Assembly (NCBI GenBank): GCA_902500005.1
Contig: GCA_902500005.1_3678.1
Origin: Escherichia coli
GTDB lineage: Bacteria > Pseudomonadota > Gammaproteobacteria > Enterobacterales > Enterobacteriaceae
Strand: one strand, 5' to 3'
DNA length: 64,000 nt
Positions 19,847-30,027 of this stretch are shown here, in pieces. Each line of letters opens with the position of its first letter. Within the stretch, counting starts at the first letter, position 1. A model generated the notes under the pieces. That model was not told the origin of the DNA and ran no database searches. It saw only the letters and a program-made list of their open reading frames with translations. Made by a program: the position numbers and the translations under genes.

Positions 19847-22800
19847 ATGCTTCCAATCCCTTTGCTAAAACTTGGTCGTCATTTCCTCGATAAGAGGGGT
19901 GGAATTAAGGAACTTGCTGTTCTGTCATACCCAATAGACAACAGTGATGGTACAAGCAACACAGTATCCTATGTAAATAGCTTAGCTATACTTTTTGATG
20001 ATGGTCAGCTTAATATTACTGGCTATAACAAGTTCGGAGAGTGCCGCACTGGGGATCGTAGCCCTATAAACTATCCGAGCGAAACAGCCTGGAATGTTGA
20101 TCATGTGTGGAGAGCAGACCGCGCGTTTGTGATCCGGACTTTTGATAACCAGTTTTTCTACATCGGCTGCACTGCAGGTCTTATCGGATCCACTGCGGCA
20201 GGCGGTAATGATGTTTGCGTAAACGAGTGGACACCACTCCCAGAGCAGATTGTTAAAGGATTGCACCTTGACACCCACCCAGAACGCCTTATTGAGGTGA
20301 TGGGCGGTATTAACAACACTGTCTGGGTTATTGCAGAGGCAGAAGGTACTGGCATACTTAACCTGTATGGATCTGGTAACAACACCTACGGATCTTTGCA
20401 TGTAGATAAAAATCAGCATGCAACCCCTGTAAAGATTGGTGAGACATCGGAAAATCCTGAAACAGGCCCTTGGAAAAACCCAAGCATCAACTGTGAGGTG
20501 CATGACAACTCTGTTATTTTCGGTGGTCCTAGGGGTTTCTGGATTGCTGGATACGACTTTCTGAGAAATAACAGTAGAAACGACCTTGTTTGGCCTCCTG
20601 TGCAGATTACTCGTAACGATTTGAGGGGCATTCCTGCAGATGAGGAGTGGAAAGGGTTTATGTGTGGTCCTAACGGGGCAGTAATTGCTACACAGAGGAT
20701 GCATAGACCCGATGACCAGCAGCTTGTTAACGTATTTTATGGTCAAAACATTTGGGGAGATGATACATGGCGGGAACTGAATATCACCTACACCCATGAG
20801 GTAATGATGGCTCGTGGGTACGGCACAAGTGGCATTTTCTTCAATAATGGCACTAAGCAGTATCGTGGGTTCTCTCGCAACTTATGTAATGATATTGGTG
20901 CACAATCTGCAAACAATAGTCCTAGGGCCGATTTTATCCACTATCAAGCTCTTGCTACAGCTAAATATGTTGAGCAACGCCTGCCAGTCAGCTGGACAGA
21001 GAGTGTTTATTTCCAAGGCATCCACAGAGAAGGTTTCTTAGGGACCTTTACTGTTGTTAATGGTAAACTTTGGTGGTCAGGTATCCCAAGGGGAAGTTTT
21101 ACAGGCTCTAATAACCTGTTTGGCGGCAGACTTAATAGTCAGGGGTTCACAGAGGTTCCTGAGAATTGGTATAAAAATGTCCCAGTAGACAGTTGGGGCG
21201 TTGATGATATTTTCGACGTTAATGGTGTTAGCAGTGTTAGCAATATCTACATTGGTGACACGGTCAAGATGAAATTGAAGCCTCAGCCAGAGGGAGCTAC
21301 GTTCATCATTGACAAGATTGAACTGGTGAATGCTGCAGGTACGGTTGTTACAGATGCAAATTACCAATTCTCCACCAACTGGAACCACGGCGGGGCCAAC
21401 GAAGTTGTTGTTACCCAGTATAACAGAAATGTTAACAGACGTGGCCTGTACTCTGTAAAAATAACCTATCATGACAAGCATGGCACAGGCAGAACTCACA
21501 CGACAAGGACTTTGAACTGGAACACCATAGTTCCTGCGTATCCGTCCAACGGCAAGTGGCATACCGTTGGTAGAAACAAGCAGTTCCATGTTAACGATAC
21601 TGTATACTTTGGGCTGAATGGGACCCAGCCTGCAGTAGAAGGGGATACATCGTATATGGTCAGACTCCACAGAATGGATGCTGGATCAGTCACTTATGAT
21701 GTGACCCAAGAGATCTACGATCAAAGACGCGCCACGTATGACAATATTGTGAAAACACAAGCCTTGTGGGAGTTCAATCCTAATGGCAAGGGTGGTAAAA
21801 TGTTGCAGGTTAATGAGCAGAACGGAACGTCGTTGACTGTTCACGAACACCCAGACCCTTGGCCTGATCCTGGAAAACCTCACCCGGGAGCTCGTACACT
21901 GAAAATTGTCAGCCATGATGCAGGATATTTCGGAATACGCTGGGAAGCTACAGTAAGATATGTCGACGGGACAACAAACAACATAGGGATTACACTTGGC
22001 GGCACTAGTGAAGATAGCTCGCTGAAAATTGCCTACACGCCCAGAGGTATCTCTATTGATAATATGGATGTTGTTCGCAATGGTTACGGCGATGTGAATG
22101 TCAAAGTTACTCTTGGCGAACATCTTGGTGGGGAAAGGATCATCATGTATGCCTTTGATCATGATCCACGCACCAATGGAACTTATGCAAATCAGGCATG
22201 GAGTTACCTGATAAATGCACCTGAGCCGAATACTAAAGAGTTCTACTATGGTATGAAGCGAGATGTGTGCAAGAAAACAGGAACACATGACTGGATTGCT
22301 ATCTGCGTTAAAGATGAGCGCACAGCTTGGGATGAGCCTGTTAACAGATGGTTCATAGGTATTCCTACCAGAAGTGATAAGTATGTCGCAGAATATATTG
22401 TATGCATGGGCGGTACCAACCTAAACATGTGTTGGAACGAAGATGTAAACAAATACTCTGATTATGACTATATGAGGGATTACTCTTGTAATTTGTGGTT
22501 TAACCAAACTACAGGTTACCCTCCAAGACAGGCGAGAGTAAACCCTGCAATCTTCACAGACACGCAGGTTTTCTTGACAAAACAGGCCAACGAGGTTCAG
22601 ACCTTCAAGAATAAATACGATCCTAACAAGTGGTTCTACAACTGTTACGGCGCATTTTTCTGGGGACCTGGTGAGTTACCTGGTGGGGGATCTTGCTTGA
22701 ATGAGGCAACTTACGCAAGTGACTACATCATGGGGCAGGTCAAGAAGTATAAGATAATCCCCGGTCCTGAGACTTTGGGCAATGCCGTTGACCCTTATAT

Positions 22801-25483
22801 CATCATGACTGCACTGAGATCAAACATGGATGGGACATCCATGTCCATGCAAATTCCGGTAACAAACGGATACAAACGTGTTGTGATGATCATTAAGTGC
22901 GACCTGATAGGTAAACAAGTTCTTGCAGAAAACGGGACATCCACACATCCTTTTGAGATCGCTCTGCACTATCAGTTTGCTGACTCACCTTTTGCAGGGG
23001 ATAAGAGAATATCTGATACAGACGCACAGCGTTGTAAGAAAGTATTGTTGGGTGCAGGTTGGTGGTGGTATGAGTTTGATTTAACAGACAAATTCACCGA
23101 CACGTCTAAAGTTGTAACAGGACTTCGTCTAGACCTTGGCGAGAACATGCACAAAGCTGTTTGTGATGGCACCTATGGTGACCCTACAATATACCTAAAA
23201 TATGTTTCTTTTGAGCATCCGGAAGATGTTGTCTACGGTCCAAAACTGAGATTGTTTGGCAGCTGGATTGCAAAAGATAGGGTAGGCATGGGTAAGAAGG
23301 TAAGAGGGTTCTTGGTTGATGCAGGAACAGAAGACATGCTGGTTAATGCAGTATGGCCTGAATTACCTGGGACTCAGTGGGACAACTCAGCCAAATCTAT
23401 AAACTGGTTTAACATTCATAGGGCCATGTGGACCACTAACTGCTACTTGTGGAGAGAGCTTAACGATCAGGCCTTTGGATTCAGCGATGGTAGAAGGATG
23501 GCGATCATTTGCTGGACAACACTGCAAAGATGTTATGACCATGACTATGAGATTGGGGGCAGGGCATGGAAAAATATCAGGGATAGAATCATAACCAATT
23601 TTGCAGACGACAACGGTGGTGGAGCACATAACTTTGGCACAAGCCGACTCATCCATTTGAACGGATCCTCAGCCTACAAGAAAGAAGGTTACTCTGGGTC
23701 TATGATCGAGTGGGGTCTGGTGAAAGATGCTCGCGTATTGATGGGCCAGCAACTTGCTGCCGCAATAGGTCCCAGCGCAGTGCAGTCGGTTAAACCAGCG
23801 TGGTTCGATATTCCATTGTGGTCACCCGGAACACCGGGAACTGCTGCAATCAACCCTACCACTGGGGATCTAGAAATCTCCTGGGAGGACTTGAAGCAGG
23901 TCGGTGGTTGGGACAAAACAGGGTACCAGGTTCAGTGGTGGAGAGCTGATGGATCTTTAGCTGCTGATGAGTTTGTTAAGGACAATTTCTACACTATGTC
24001 CTCTGCAAAAGCACAGCAATTATTTGGTCAGGCAACTCCGTCAACGATCACCATGTCTATGTGCTGTAAAGACAACAGGACTGGAGCTTTGGGGCCAAGG
24101 GTTGCTAAAGTTTTCTCAGGTATTAAATGGAATCTACCTGTCCAAAGTATTTCATGGAAGCAAATAGGTGATAACAAGCTGCTGGTTACCCCTGCCTGTC
24201 AGTTCAACGCAACTCTTAACGTTGATCCTGCTGTTGCGGCAAACTCAGCTAAAGCTTCTGACTTCTCTGTGTCTAACACTGCTATGGCAGATGTGAGGAA
24301 GATTGACACGCTGAACGCCAGAATTACCTGTAAAAACACTTATGGCACATTCCAAATCATCAACAACTTCACAGATGCTGATTCTAAGGTAGTGAGGACA
24401 GCAAGCCAGACTCTGAGTTTAGGAACTCTGGCCTATGCGGCCCTGATCACCGAACAGTCGGCAACACTCCAAGGAGGTGGTGTAGGCAAGTCCATTACAA
24501 CACCTGTGTGGAAGCCAAATGAGTGGGTTGTGTTTGATTTGACTGTGGACTTCTCCAGCGATAATAACTGGACATGGGTAAGGAATTGCTTGTCACAACT
24601 GATGGGTGGTCCAAGCTCCGTTAGTGATAGCTACGACTCCACTGACCCGAGTGTGTTTCAGGTGGGTAAAACTCACCCGGAGACTGGAGCAACGTTGCCT
24701 GACAGGAAGTATGCTTTGGTTTGCATCTCTTACGGGAAGGCAGATGTCACCTTCTCAGGGACACACACTTATAACGGAACCTACAACTTCTCAAGGAAGT
24801 ATAGTCTCAAAGCAGGGAACATTATAGACGAGGTTGGTGTGCTGTATAATCCGGGCAACGGCATAGGGATTGTGGGTGGTAAACTGCAGATGCAGGAACC
24901 TTCTATTACCCCTTCCAACGTATCCGGGATTAGAAAGACTTGGGAAAGTAGTAATACCAACATTGCAACAGTGGATGCCACCACAGGACTGGTAACATTT
25001 AAAGCTACTGGGAATGTCACCATAAAGTTTGTAGTTACAGATGATGCAGGGCGCAAAACGTCTTCAACATCTTTTACTGTCAAACAGATGGCACCACAGT
25101 GGAGAATGTGGATAGGTACAGCAACAAACGGGGCATACCCTAATCCGGCAGGTACTTCTGGTATGAAGACTTTCTCTACAAGCAAACCGATGGAGTACGG
25201 CAGCGGTCCTAAGGTAGGGCAGATGGTGTACTTTGGTGCGTATATTCCTGAAATTATAGGGCTTCCGAGAAGTCAGCTTCAGTTGCTGTTTGGGGCTGGT
25301 GTTGACGATCTTGCCACTTTCGGGTATAGCGACAACATCGAGGCTGCAAGGAGTTCAGGATGGGTAGGGTTCAGAATGGAGTCTGGAAAGGAAGGCAGGA
25401 TTCTAGGGACAGCCTCTATAGGTGTTATGTTCCCTGGTGACCAGCAGTATCGTCTAGAAGCCTACGCAACCTTTTCTCGTTAA
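19847..25483 (+). CDS. giant tail fibre/adhesin-like protein (1878 aa) with Big_2 Ig-like domain
   Basis: ATG start; Big_2-like segment …SSNTNIATVDATTGLVTFKATGNVTIKFVVTDDAGRKTS… near C-terminus. Confidence 0.6.
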   Translation: MLPIPLLKLGRHFLDKRGGIKELAVLSYPIDNSDGTSNTVSYVNSLAILFDDGQLNITGYNKFGECRTGDRSPINYPSETAWNVDHVWRADRAFVIRTFDNQFFYIGCTAGLIGSTAAGGNDVCVNEWTPLPEQIVKGLHLDTHPERLIEVMGGINNTVWVIAEAEGTGILNLYGSGNNTYGSLHVDKNQHATPVKIGETSENPETGPWKNPSINCEVHDNSVIFGGPRGFWIAGYDFLRNNSRNDLVWPPVQITRNDLRGIPADEEWKGFMCGPNGAVIATQRMHRPDDQQLVNVFYGQNIWGDDTWRELNITYTHEVMMARGYGTSGIFFNNGTKQYRGFSRNLCNDIGAQSANNSPRADFIHYQALATAKYVEQRLPVSWTESVYFQGIHREGFLGTFTVVNGKLWWSGIPRGSFTGSNNLFGGRLNSQGFTEVPENWYKNVPVDSWGVDDIFDVNGVSSVSNIYIGDTVKMKLKPQPEGATFIIDKIELVNAAGTVVTDANYQFSTNWNHGGANEVVVTQYNRNVNRRGLYSVKITYHDKHGTGRTHTTRTLNWNTIVPAYPSNGKWHTVGRNKQFHVNDTVYFGLNGTQPAVEGDTSYMVRLHRMDAGSVTYDVTQEIYDQRRATYDNIVKTQALWEFNPNGKGGKMLQVNEQNGTSLTVHEHPDPWPDPGKPHPGARTLKIVSHDAGYFGIRWEATVRYVDGTTNNIGITLGGTSEDSSLKIAYTPRGISIDNMDVVRNGYGDVNVKVTLGEHLGGERIIMYAFDHDPRTNGTYANQAWSYLINAPEPNTKEFYYGMKRDVCKKTGTHDWIAICVKDERTAWDEPVNRWFIGIPTRSDKYVAEYIVCMGGTNLNMCWNEDVNKYSDYDYMRDYSCNLWFNQTTGYPPRQARVNPAIFTDTQVFLTKQANEVQTFKNKYDPNKWFYNCYGAFFWGPGELPGGGSCLNEATYASDYIMGQVKKYKIIPGPETLGNAVDPYIIMTALRSNMDGTSMSMQIPVTNGYKRVVMIIKCDLIGKQVLAENGTSTHPFEIALHYQFADSPFAGDKRISDTDAQRCKKVLLGAGWWWYEFDLTDKFTDTSKVVTGLRLDLGENMHKAVCDGTYGDPTIYLKYVSFEHPEDVVYGPKLRLFGSWIAKDRVGMGKKVRGFLVDAGTEDMLVNAVWPELPGTQWDNSAKSINWFNIHRAMWTTNCYLWRELNDQAFGFSDGRRMAIICWTTLQRCYDHDYEIGGRAWKNIRDRIITNFADDNGGGAHNFGTSRLIHLNGSSAYKKEGYSGSMIEWGLVKDARVLMGQQLAAAIGPSAVQSVKPAWFDIPLWSPGTPGTAAINPTTGDLEISWEDLKQVGGWDKTGYQVQWWRADGSLAADEFVKDNFYTMSSAKAQQLFGQATPSTITMSMCCKDNRTGALGPRVAKVFSGIKWNLPVQSISWKQIGDNKLLVTPACQFNATLNVDPAVAANSAKASDFSVSNTAMADVRKIDTLNARITCKNTYGTFQIINNFTDADSKVVRTASQTLSLGTLAYAALITEQSATLQGGGVGKSITTPVWKPNEWVVFDLTVDFSSDNNWTWVRNCLSQLMGGPSSVSDSYDSTDPSVFQVGKTHPETGATLPDRKYALVCISYGKADVTFSGTHTYNGTYNFSRKYSLKAGNIIDEVGVLYNPGNGIGIVGGKLQMQEPSITPSNVSGIRKTWESSNTNIATVDATTGLVTFKATGNVTIKFVVTDDAGRKTSSTSFTVKQMAPQWRMWIGTATNGAYPNPAGTSGMKTFSTSKPMEYGSGPKVGQMVYFGAYIPEIIGLPRSQLQLLFGAGVDDLATFGYSDNIEAARSSGWVGFRMESGKEGRILGTASIGVMFPGDQQYRLEAYATFSR

Positions 25484-25495
25484 CAAAGGGGTAAA

Positions 25496-25527
25496 TAAAA
25501 AGGGGCCAAACGGCCCCTTTCTTTTTA
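25496..25527. terminator. bidirectional rho-independent terminator between convergent blocks
   Basis: aaaaa-aggggccaaacggcccct-ttcttttt: hairpin flanked by A-run and T-run. Confidence 0.65.
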
Positions 25528-25530
25528 TAG

Positions 25531-25731
25531 TTAGTAATACTCCCAACATGCCCCATCTTCAGACGGCTTGACGCGCTTACCTTTATGGTCAACATAGGTA
25601 TAGCCACAACCTTCACAAATAACAGGTGCTGCATAGCCTTCCTTCCACTGATCCTCAGTGATCAGACCTTCCAAATCTTTGCAGTCAAAGCCAAACAACT
25701 CTTCAGAGCAATCTTTACAAAAATCAGCCAT
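25531..25731 (-). CDS. small zinc-ribbon protein (66 aa)
   Basis: ATG with GAGGA RBS; CKDC…CEGC cysteine pairs. Confidence 0.4.
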   Translation of the reverse strand: MADFCKDCSEELFGFDCKDLEGLITEDQWKEGYAAPVICEGCGYTYVDHKGKRVKPSEDGACWEYY

Positions 25732-25734
25732 TTC

Positions 25735-26142
25735 TCAGTCCTCGCATTTAACAAATTTTTCTATAGATCCACCAAGCACAGCTTGTTGTTTGATGGCACT
25801 TTCTTCATCATAGTGGATAGACTTATGTTCCGTACCTCCAAACTTACCTGTGTGGAAGGTGTGCACCCAAATCTCTTTAGGAAGGGATTTATTCTCTTCC
25901 TCCACCAACTCCCACATACCCCACAAGTGATCTGTGATATCTCTGATGAAATATCCCTCGCCGAGGTTTGTATTCACACTGTAAGCTGATTCGTGATCTC
26001 CGCAAATATAACGGAAGGCAGTGTACTCTTTACCTGGTGTGAAGTGAGTATCCATTAGTATGGCTGTTAAAGAATAAGGGTCTCGAAAGCCCAAGAACTT
26101 TAGTTTAACAATTTCGACATTTACATCTGCAAGATTATCCAT
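25735..26142 (-). CDS. hypothetical protein (135 aa)
   Basis: Track start 26199 is TTG; in-frame ATG at 26142 preceded by GAGGAG. Confidence 0.4.
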   Translation of the reverse strand: MDNLADVNVEIVKLKFLGFRDPYSLTAILMDTHFTPGKEYTAFRYICGDHESAYSVNTNLGEGYFIRDITDHLWGMWELVEEENKSLPKEIWVHTFHTGKFGGTEHKSIHYDEESAIKQQAVLGGSIEKFVKCED

Positions 26143-26303
26143 GACGATCTCCTCTGTTTGGTTGGTGAGAATTATATATAGATCTGGTGGTGGTGTCAAG
26201 CTTAATTTTAAGAGATCTGAGAGGGTATTTTATTCAGGAAGGCAATCGCACAGGGTGGAGAAATTTATGAAGGCACAGGCCTCGTTTGAGGCCTTAAATT
26301 CTA

Positions 26304-26684
26304 TTATGACACTTTGACATAGCGCTCTGACAAAGCTGGGAAGCCAAAAGTAGTGCCTATACTACCATAGGCTATCCACCATTGGAGTTCATCGTGACAC
26401 CATTTTCCGATCAGGAAGGTGCTGGGATAGCGGGTCAGTATTTTGGCATAAGCTTTAGGATCTGCATCTTCTGGGATAATGATGCTTGGAATATCTTTGT
26501 TATGACCACAGCAGCAGTTTAGCGTTTTCAAACCTGCTGCCCACAAACTCATGATAGGCTTAGCCATACACTTATCAAGGCACACACGTTTTTTGCCGTC
26601 ACGAAGATTTTTAGGCACATCAACGATAACATTTGGATGCTTGGCACCTTTCACTTTCCAATTATAGGATTTACACTTGCACAT
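26304..26684 (-). CDS. Cys-rich hypothetical protein (126 aa)
   Basis: ATG with GGAG RBS; CKCK…CLDKC…CCCGH cysteine clusters. Confidence 0.4.
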   Translation of the reverse strand: MCKCKSYNWKVKGAKHPNVIVDVPKNLRDGKKRVCLDKCMAKPIMSLWAAGLKTLNCCCGHNKDIPSIIIPEDADPKAYAKILTRYPSTFLIGKWCHDELQWWIAYGSIGTTFGFPALSERYVKVS

Positions 26685-26910
26685 TTAATCAGTCTCCGTC
26701 TAGAAAGCCGCACTATACGTTTTTGAGGTATACTTTACTTAAAGTCTTTATCACCTGCCACGATTGCATGAATCCACTCATTGTGATGCTCAATAGCGGT
26801 GAGATGTAACATGATGTAGTGATCGTCATTGCCAAACATGATATGATAGGCTTTGGCAGCATTTTGATATAACTTCCACATCAGGTAATGATATCTTCGC
26901 CTCATGGCTC

Positions 26911-27381
26911 TTACTCCGGTTCAGGATCTGGGTAATCTTCAATAATAAAGGGCCATCCGTTCCGCTTAGCCTCAGACTTATACTCAATCTCCTTCATTGC
27001 AAACTCTAACTGATTCTTAGCCGGAATACATGCCGGAGAATCATCAATCCAGATATCTGGGTAGATATCAAACTGCGCCAGGTAGGCTGCCTTCTGAACA
27101 CCACCTGTGTAGAACACACCAACATCGAGCTCCTTGCGCCAATACTCAATGTCTACATTGTCTTGAGTAATGAATCGGAAAGTCACAAGGTAGACTGTCC
27201 ACCCCTCCTTCTTCAGATCCCTGATCAGGCTGGAGAAGATGAAAGGGCTCGCATTAAACGTTCCATCAAAGTCGATGGCAATGATGTGCGTGCCGTGGCG
27301 AGTCTCATATGGATTGCTCGTGGTAAGATTGCTGTAATTAAAAGGGACTTCTTCCCCGCAGTAGCTGTAGTCCATATTCAC
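26911..27381 (-). CDS. HAD-superfamily phosphatase (possible nucleotidase / 3'-phosphatase)
   Basis: HAD motif I HIIAIDFDGTF near N-terminus; GTG start overlapping upstream stop (alternative ATG at 27375). Confidence 0.55.
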   Translation of the reverse strand: MNMDYSYCGEEVPFNYSNLTTSNPYETRHGTHIIAIDFDGTFNASPFIFSSLIRDLKKEGWTVYLVTFRFITQDNVDIEYWRKELDVGVFYTGGVQKAAYLAQFDIYPDIWIDDSPACIPAKNQLEFAMKEIEYKSEAKRNGWPFIIEDYPDPEPE

Positions 27382-27653
27382 ACCTTCTCGTTGATAAATT
27401 TACGGGCGGTTTGGTGAGTTGTTTCTGCTGTCTTCAGAATGATATTAATTTTATCGTCAAGATCATTCATCTCGGCAGTTAATTCAGGAATCTCTCCGGC
27501 ATGCATGGTGAAATCATACATAGACATGCCCAAGATCTCATTGATGCGGCGGTTGCATTCTGCAGCACGCTGGTTCATTTTCCAAGCTAACACCAAAGCC
27601 TCCTGCGTAGCCTCTAGTGCAAAATCTAATACGTCGGCCTCTTCTTTCGTCAT
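27378..27653 (-). CDS. hypothetical protein (91 aa)
   Basis: ATG with AGGAGAG RBS. Confidence 0.4.
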   Translation of the reverse strand: MTKEEADVLDFALEATQEALVLAWKMNQRAAECNRRINEILGMSMYDFTMHAGEIPELTAEMNDLDDKINIILKTAETTHQTARKFINEKV

Positions 27654-27710
27654 CTTAGTCTCTCCTGTTGTATTGTTGGTAGGTGTATGAATACCTTATA
27701 ACTCACCTTT

Positions 27711-28277
27711 TTATTCAAACTGCAATAGTAAGTCCACCACCGCGCTAGGTCTGTCAACAAATTCCCCAGGTCCACATGCCCACAGAGGGTATCCGTCTAC
27801 ATACCGCCAAATCCAACCTGCAGTGTGGAGTTCGAGCAGGGCAGTACCGTCCTTACTGTCAACCACTCTTTCCCACAGTGTCGGGCAGCGAAGCTTGAGG
27901 ATCGGATCCCCTCCCTTATACCCATCCATGTAGATACCCATTGCAAAGTTCAGCATCATCTTTTTGTGCACTGATCTTTTACTGAGGGTACTCATCACTT
28001 CCTCTTTGTGAATGTTTGTAAGCTTCTCCTTGGCTACCCGCAGATCGTTGCAACCATTGTTCAGCAGATCTTCCAGACACTTGATCCGAAGGTCGTGAAT
28101 GTCTTTGTCGTGTACCGTTGGCACAGGGTCGTAGCGGTATAGCACTGTTGATACAAGGTTGCTCGGGTGTGGGTCTGACAGCAACCCATAACCCCAATAC
28201 TCTTCTGTATCTGAAAGGACAAGACACCCAATGTCTCTGTCAAGCTTTCCTGTGTTGTAAGCCACATTGACCGCCAT
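27711..28277 (-). CDS. hypothetical protein (188 aa)
   Basis: ATG with GGAG RBS. Confidence 0.4.
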   Translation of the reverse strand: MAVNVAYNTGKLDRDIGCLVLSDTEEYWGYGLLSDPHPSNLVSTVLYRYDPVPTVHDKDIHDLRIKCLEDLLNNGCNDLRVAKEKLTNIHKEEVMSTLSKRSVHKKMMLNFAMGIYMDGYKGGDPILKLRCPTLWERVVDSKDGTALLELHTAGWIWRYVDGYPLWACGPGEFVDRPSAVVDLLLQFE

Positions 28278-28279
28278 GA

Positions 28280-28525
28280 CTATAGCTCCACTAGCAAAGT
28301 GCTTTCAAAGTGCCGTTCATGCAAACCGTTGTAAGGGACCACTTCTACAACGCCATCACGGACATATGGGGCCATCATGGTGGTATAATCTCCAAACGGG
28401 TTGGTATTGTCACTAACCACAACCACCTTCTGCCCTTCCTTGGCAGAGTGCCAAATAGATCTGCACTTCATCAGGTGTTCGAGAGCTCCAGGTAAAATTT
28501 TGTTACGTTCTTTACGGGTCTTCAT
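28280..28525 (-). CDS. hypothetical protein (81 aa)
   Basis: ATG overlapping upstream stop (ATGA). Confidence 0.35.
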   Translation of the reverse strand: MKTRKERNKILPGALEHLMKCRSIWHSAKEGQKVVVVSDNTNPFGDYTTMMAPYVRDGVVEVVPYNGLHERHFESTLLVEL

Positions 28526-28971
28526 AACAGATATAGCTCCTTATGAAAGTGGTCTTTTAATTTCTCACTGAGAAACTTCTTGATACCTTCCTCTAAAGTG
28601 TTTTCGATGTAGTCCAGCTTAACTGCTTCGATGGACATATCATAGATTGCCAGCTCTAAGCTGTCAAGTCCCATCATAGCATGAACCATAAGATTTTCAT
28701 CTTCAGATACATTCAGGGGACTTCCTATAACATCTGGAGGCAGAATAGTTTCCCAATTATTCTGGGTGGTAGTTCTCCCGCCATCTACTTTACGGCGCAG
28801 TTCGAATGTGTTCTTAGTGTAGAACACTTCATAAGAAACGATACGACTGTCACTCTCATAATAAACGAAGTTCAGGTAGGAGCCTAGCCGCAGTCGGCAA
28901 ACTTCCACCCCAAACCATTGTTTCTTATAAGAATTCAGGCTAATGCTGTCGCATTCACGTTTGCTCAACAC
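28522..28971 (-). CDS. hypothetical protein (149 aa)
   Basis: GTG start 6 nt after AAGGAG. Confidence 0.4.
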   Translation of the reverse strand: MLSKRECDSISLNSYKKQWFGVEVCRLRLGSYLNFVYYESDSRIVSYEVFYTKNTFELRRKVDGGRTTTQNNWETILPPDVIGSPLNVSEDENLMVHAMMGLDSLELAIYDMSIEAVKLDYIENTLEEGIKKFLSEKLKDHFHKELYLL

Positions 28972-28987
28972 GGCTATCTCCTTTTTG

Positions 28988-29221
28988 TTAATCTTCGTAA
29001 ATCAGGATTTCTGCTTTAGGTTTTCGTGCTTTCAGGTCCAGCTCTATCCAGTGCACCATAGCTGTTTCAAGAAAAACAGCTTGGATGCATCCGTCCTCAG
29101 CGTGCCCCACCAACATAACGAGATCTTCACCTTCGTCATCTGCATCACGAACATAAAGAATCTCTCCAGATTCGAAGTCTTTCACAACCTGATTGCTAGA
29201 TAATTTTCTAATTTTTGCCAT
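28988..29221 (-). CDS. small paralog family member 4 (77 aa)
   Basis: Fourth gene of tandem, translationally coupled array; shares G(E/T)(I/V)… and acidic patches with the other three. Confidence 0.45.
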   Translation of the reverse strand: MAKIRKLSSNQVVKDFESGEILYVRDADDEGEDLVMLVGHAEDGCIQAVFLETAMVHWIELDLKARKPKAEILIYED

Positions 29222-29222
29222 A

Positions 29223-29486
29223 TCAGAAACCCTCTAAAAAGCTCTTGTAGAAAACAATCTCAGTATCCACACCAGTCACAATCTTGTCGTTCCTGATTTC
29301 ATCGGTAAGATAGGTGTCAAAACGCAGAACCTGTGTGGTGTTGTCACACATCCACTCAGCTGTGACCATTGCGAAAATCTTAGCATCTTCATTATCTGGT
29401 GTGAATGTTACCACCTCACCGCACTTAAACTTTTCGATAGGCTGAGTGTTAGCTTTCGGTTCTGCGATAGTGATTTTTGTGGTCAT
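29223..29486 (-). CDS. small paralog family member 3 (87 aa)
   Basis: …KCGEVVTF… / …VTGVDTEIVF… align with members 1 and 2. Confidence 0.5.
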   Translation of the reverse strand: MTTKITIAEPKANTQPIEKFKCGEVVTFTPDNEDAKIFAMVTAEWMCDNTTQVLRFDTYLTDEIRNDKIVTGVDTEIVFYKSFLEGF

Positions 29487-29749
29487 TATTCTCCTCCTTC
29501 TTTTGAATAGCTTGTCTCTCCAAGGATGGTAATTTTGGTGTCAAGCTCTGTAACTTTCATGTTTGGCGGCAGATCGTACAACTCATTATTTTCTAAATCG
29601 AACCCCCACACACAATGTTCTCCTGTTTTGACAATCATAACTATGTTTTGAATGCCGTCTCCGTCGCAACTTACCACGGTCCCACACGGAAAACTGTCTG
29701 CACGCTTTTTGTTCTTCACCTTAGAATTGAATACAATGCTGGTAGCCAT
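29486..29749 (-). CDS. small paralog family member 2 (87 aa)
   Basis: MAT…K.KK…GTVV…IVK…FDL…LP…VTELD..ITILGE shared with member 1. Confidence 0.5.
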   Translation of the reverse strand: MATSIVFNSKVKNKKRADSFPCGTVVSCDGDGIQNIVMIVKTGEHCVWGFDLENNELYDLPPNMKVTELDTKITILGETSYSKEGGE

Positions 29750-30012
29750 TATTGTTCCTCCACCATAACTTCGCCAAGAATTTCTATGCAGGCATCCATT
29801 TCTGTAACAACCAAACTGTGAGGTAGTTCTACAAACACCTTTCTGAACAGATCAAATACCCCAACATATATGTTTGCAGGATGTGATTTTACAACAAGTG
29901 CTGTATTCACATCCCCAAGTTCATCAACAAACATCACCACAGTGCCTGGAGCTACTGAGGACAGATACTTCTTAGTTTTACGGTTTGATGCAAATTTTAA
30001 CTCTGTTGCCAT
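29749..30012 (-). CDS. small paralog family member 1 (87 aa)
   Basis: ATG after GAGGAGG; same length and motifs as member 2. Confidence 0.5.
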   Translation of the reverse strand: MATELKFASNRKTKKYLSSVAPGTVVMFVDELGDVNTALVVKSHPANIYVGVFDLFRKVFVELPHSLVVTEMDACIEILGEVMVEEQ

Positions 30013-30027
30013 AAATAACCTCCTCTC

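Noticed and set aside
19982-20797. 271-aa ORF on the - strand (also 796-1152, 5361-6017, 9083-9613, 21077-22288 and other antisense ORFs)
   Set aside because: They lie entirely inside long, well-supported + strand structural genes, lack ribosome-binding sites and have low-complexity or Cys-rich composition typical of shadow ORFs.
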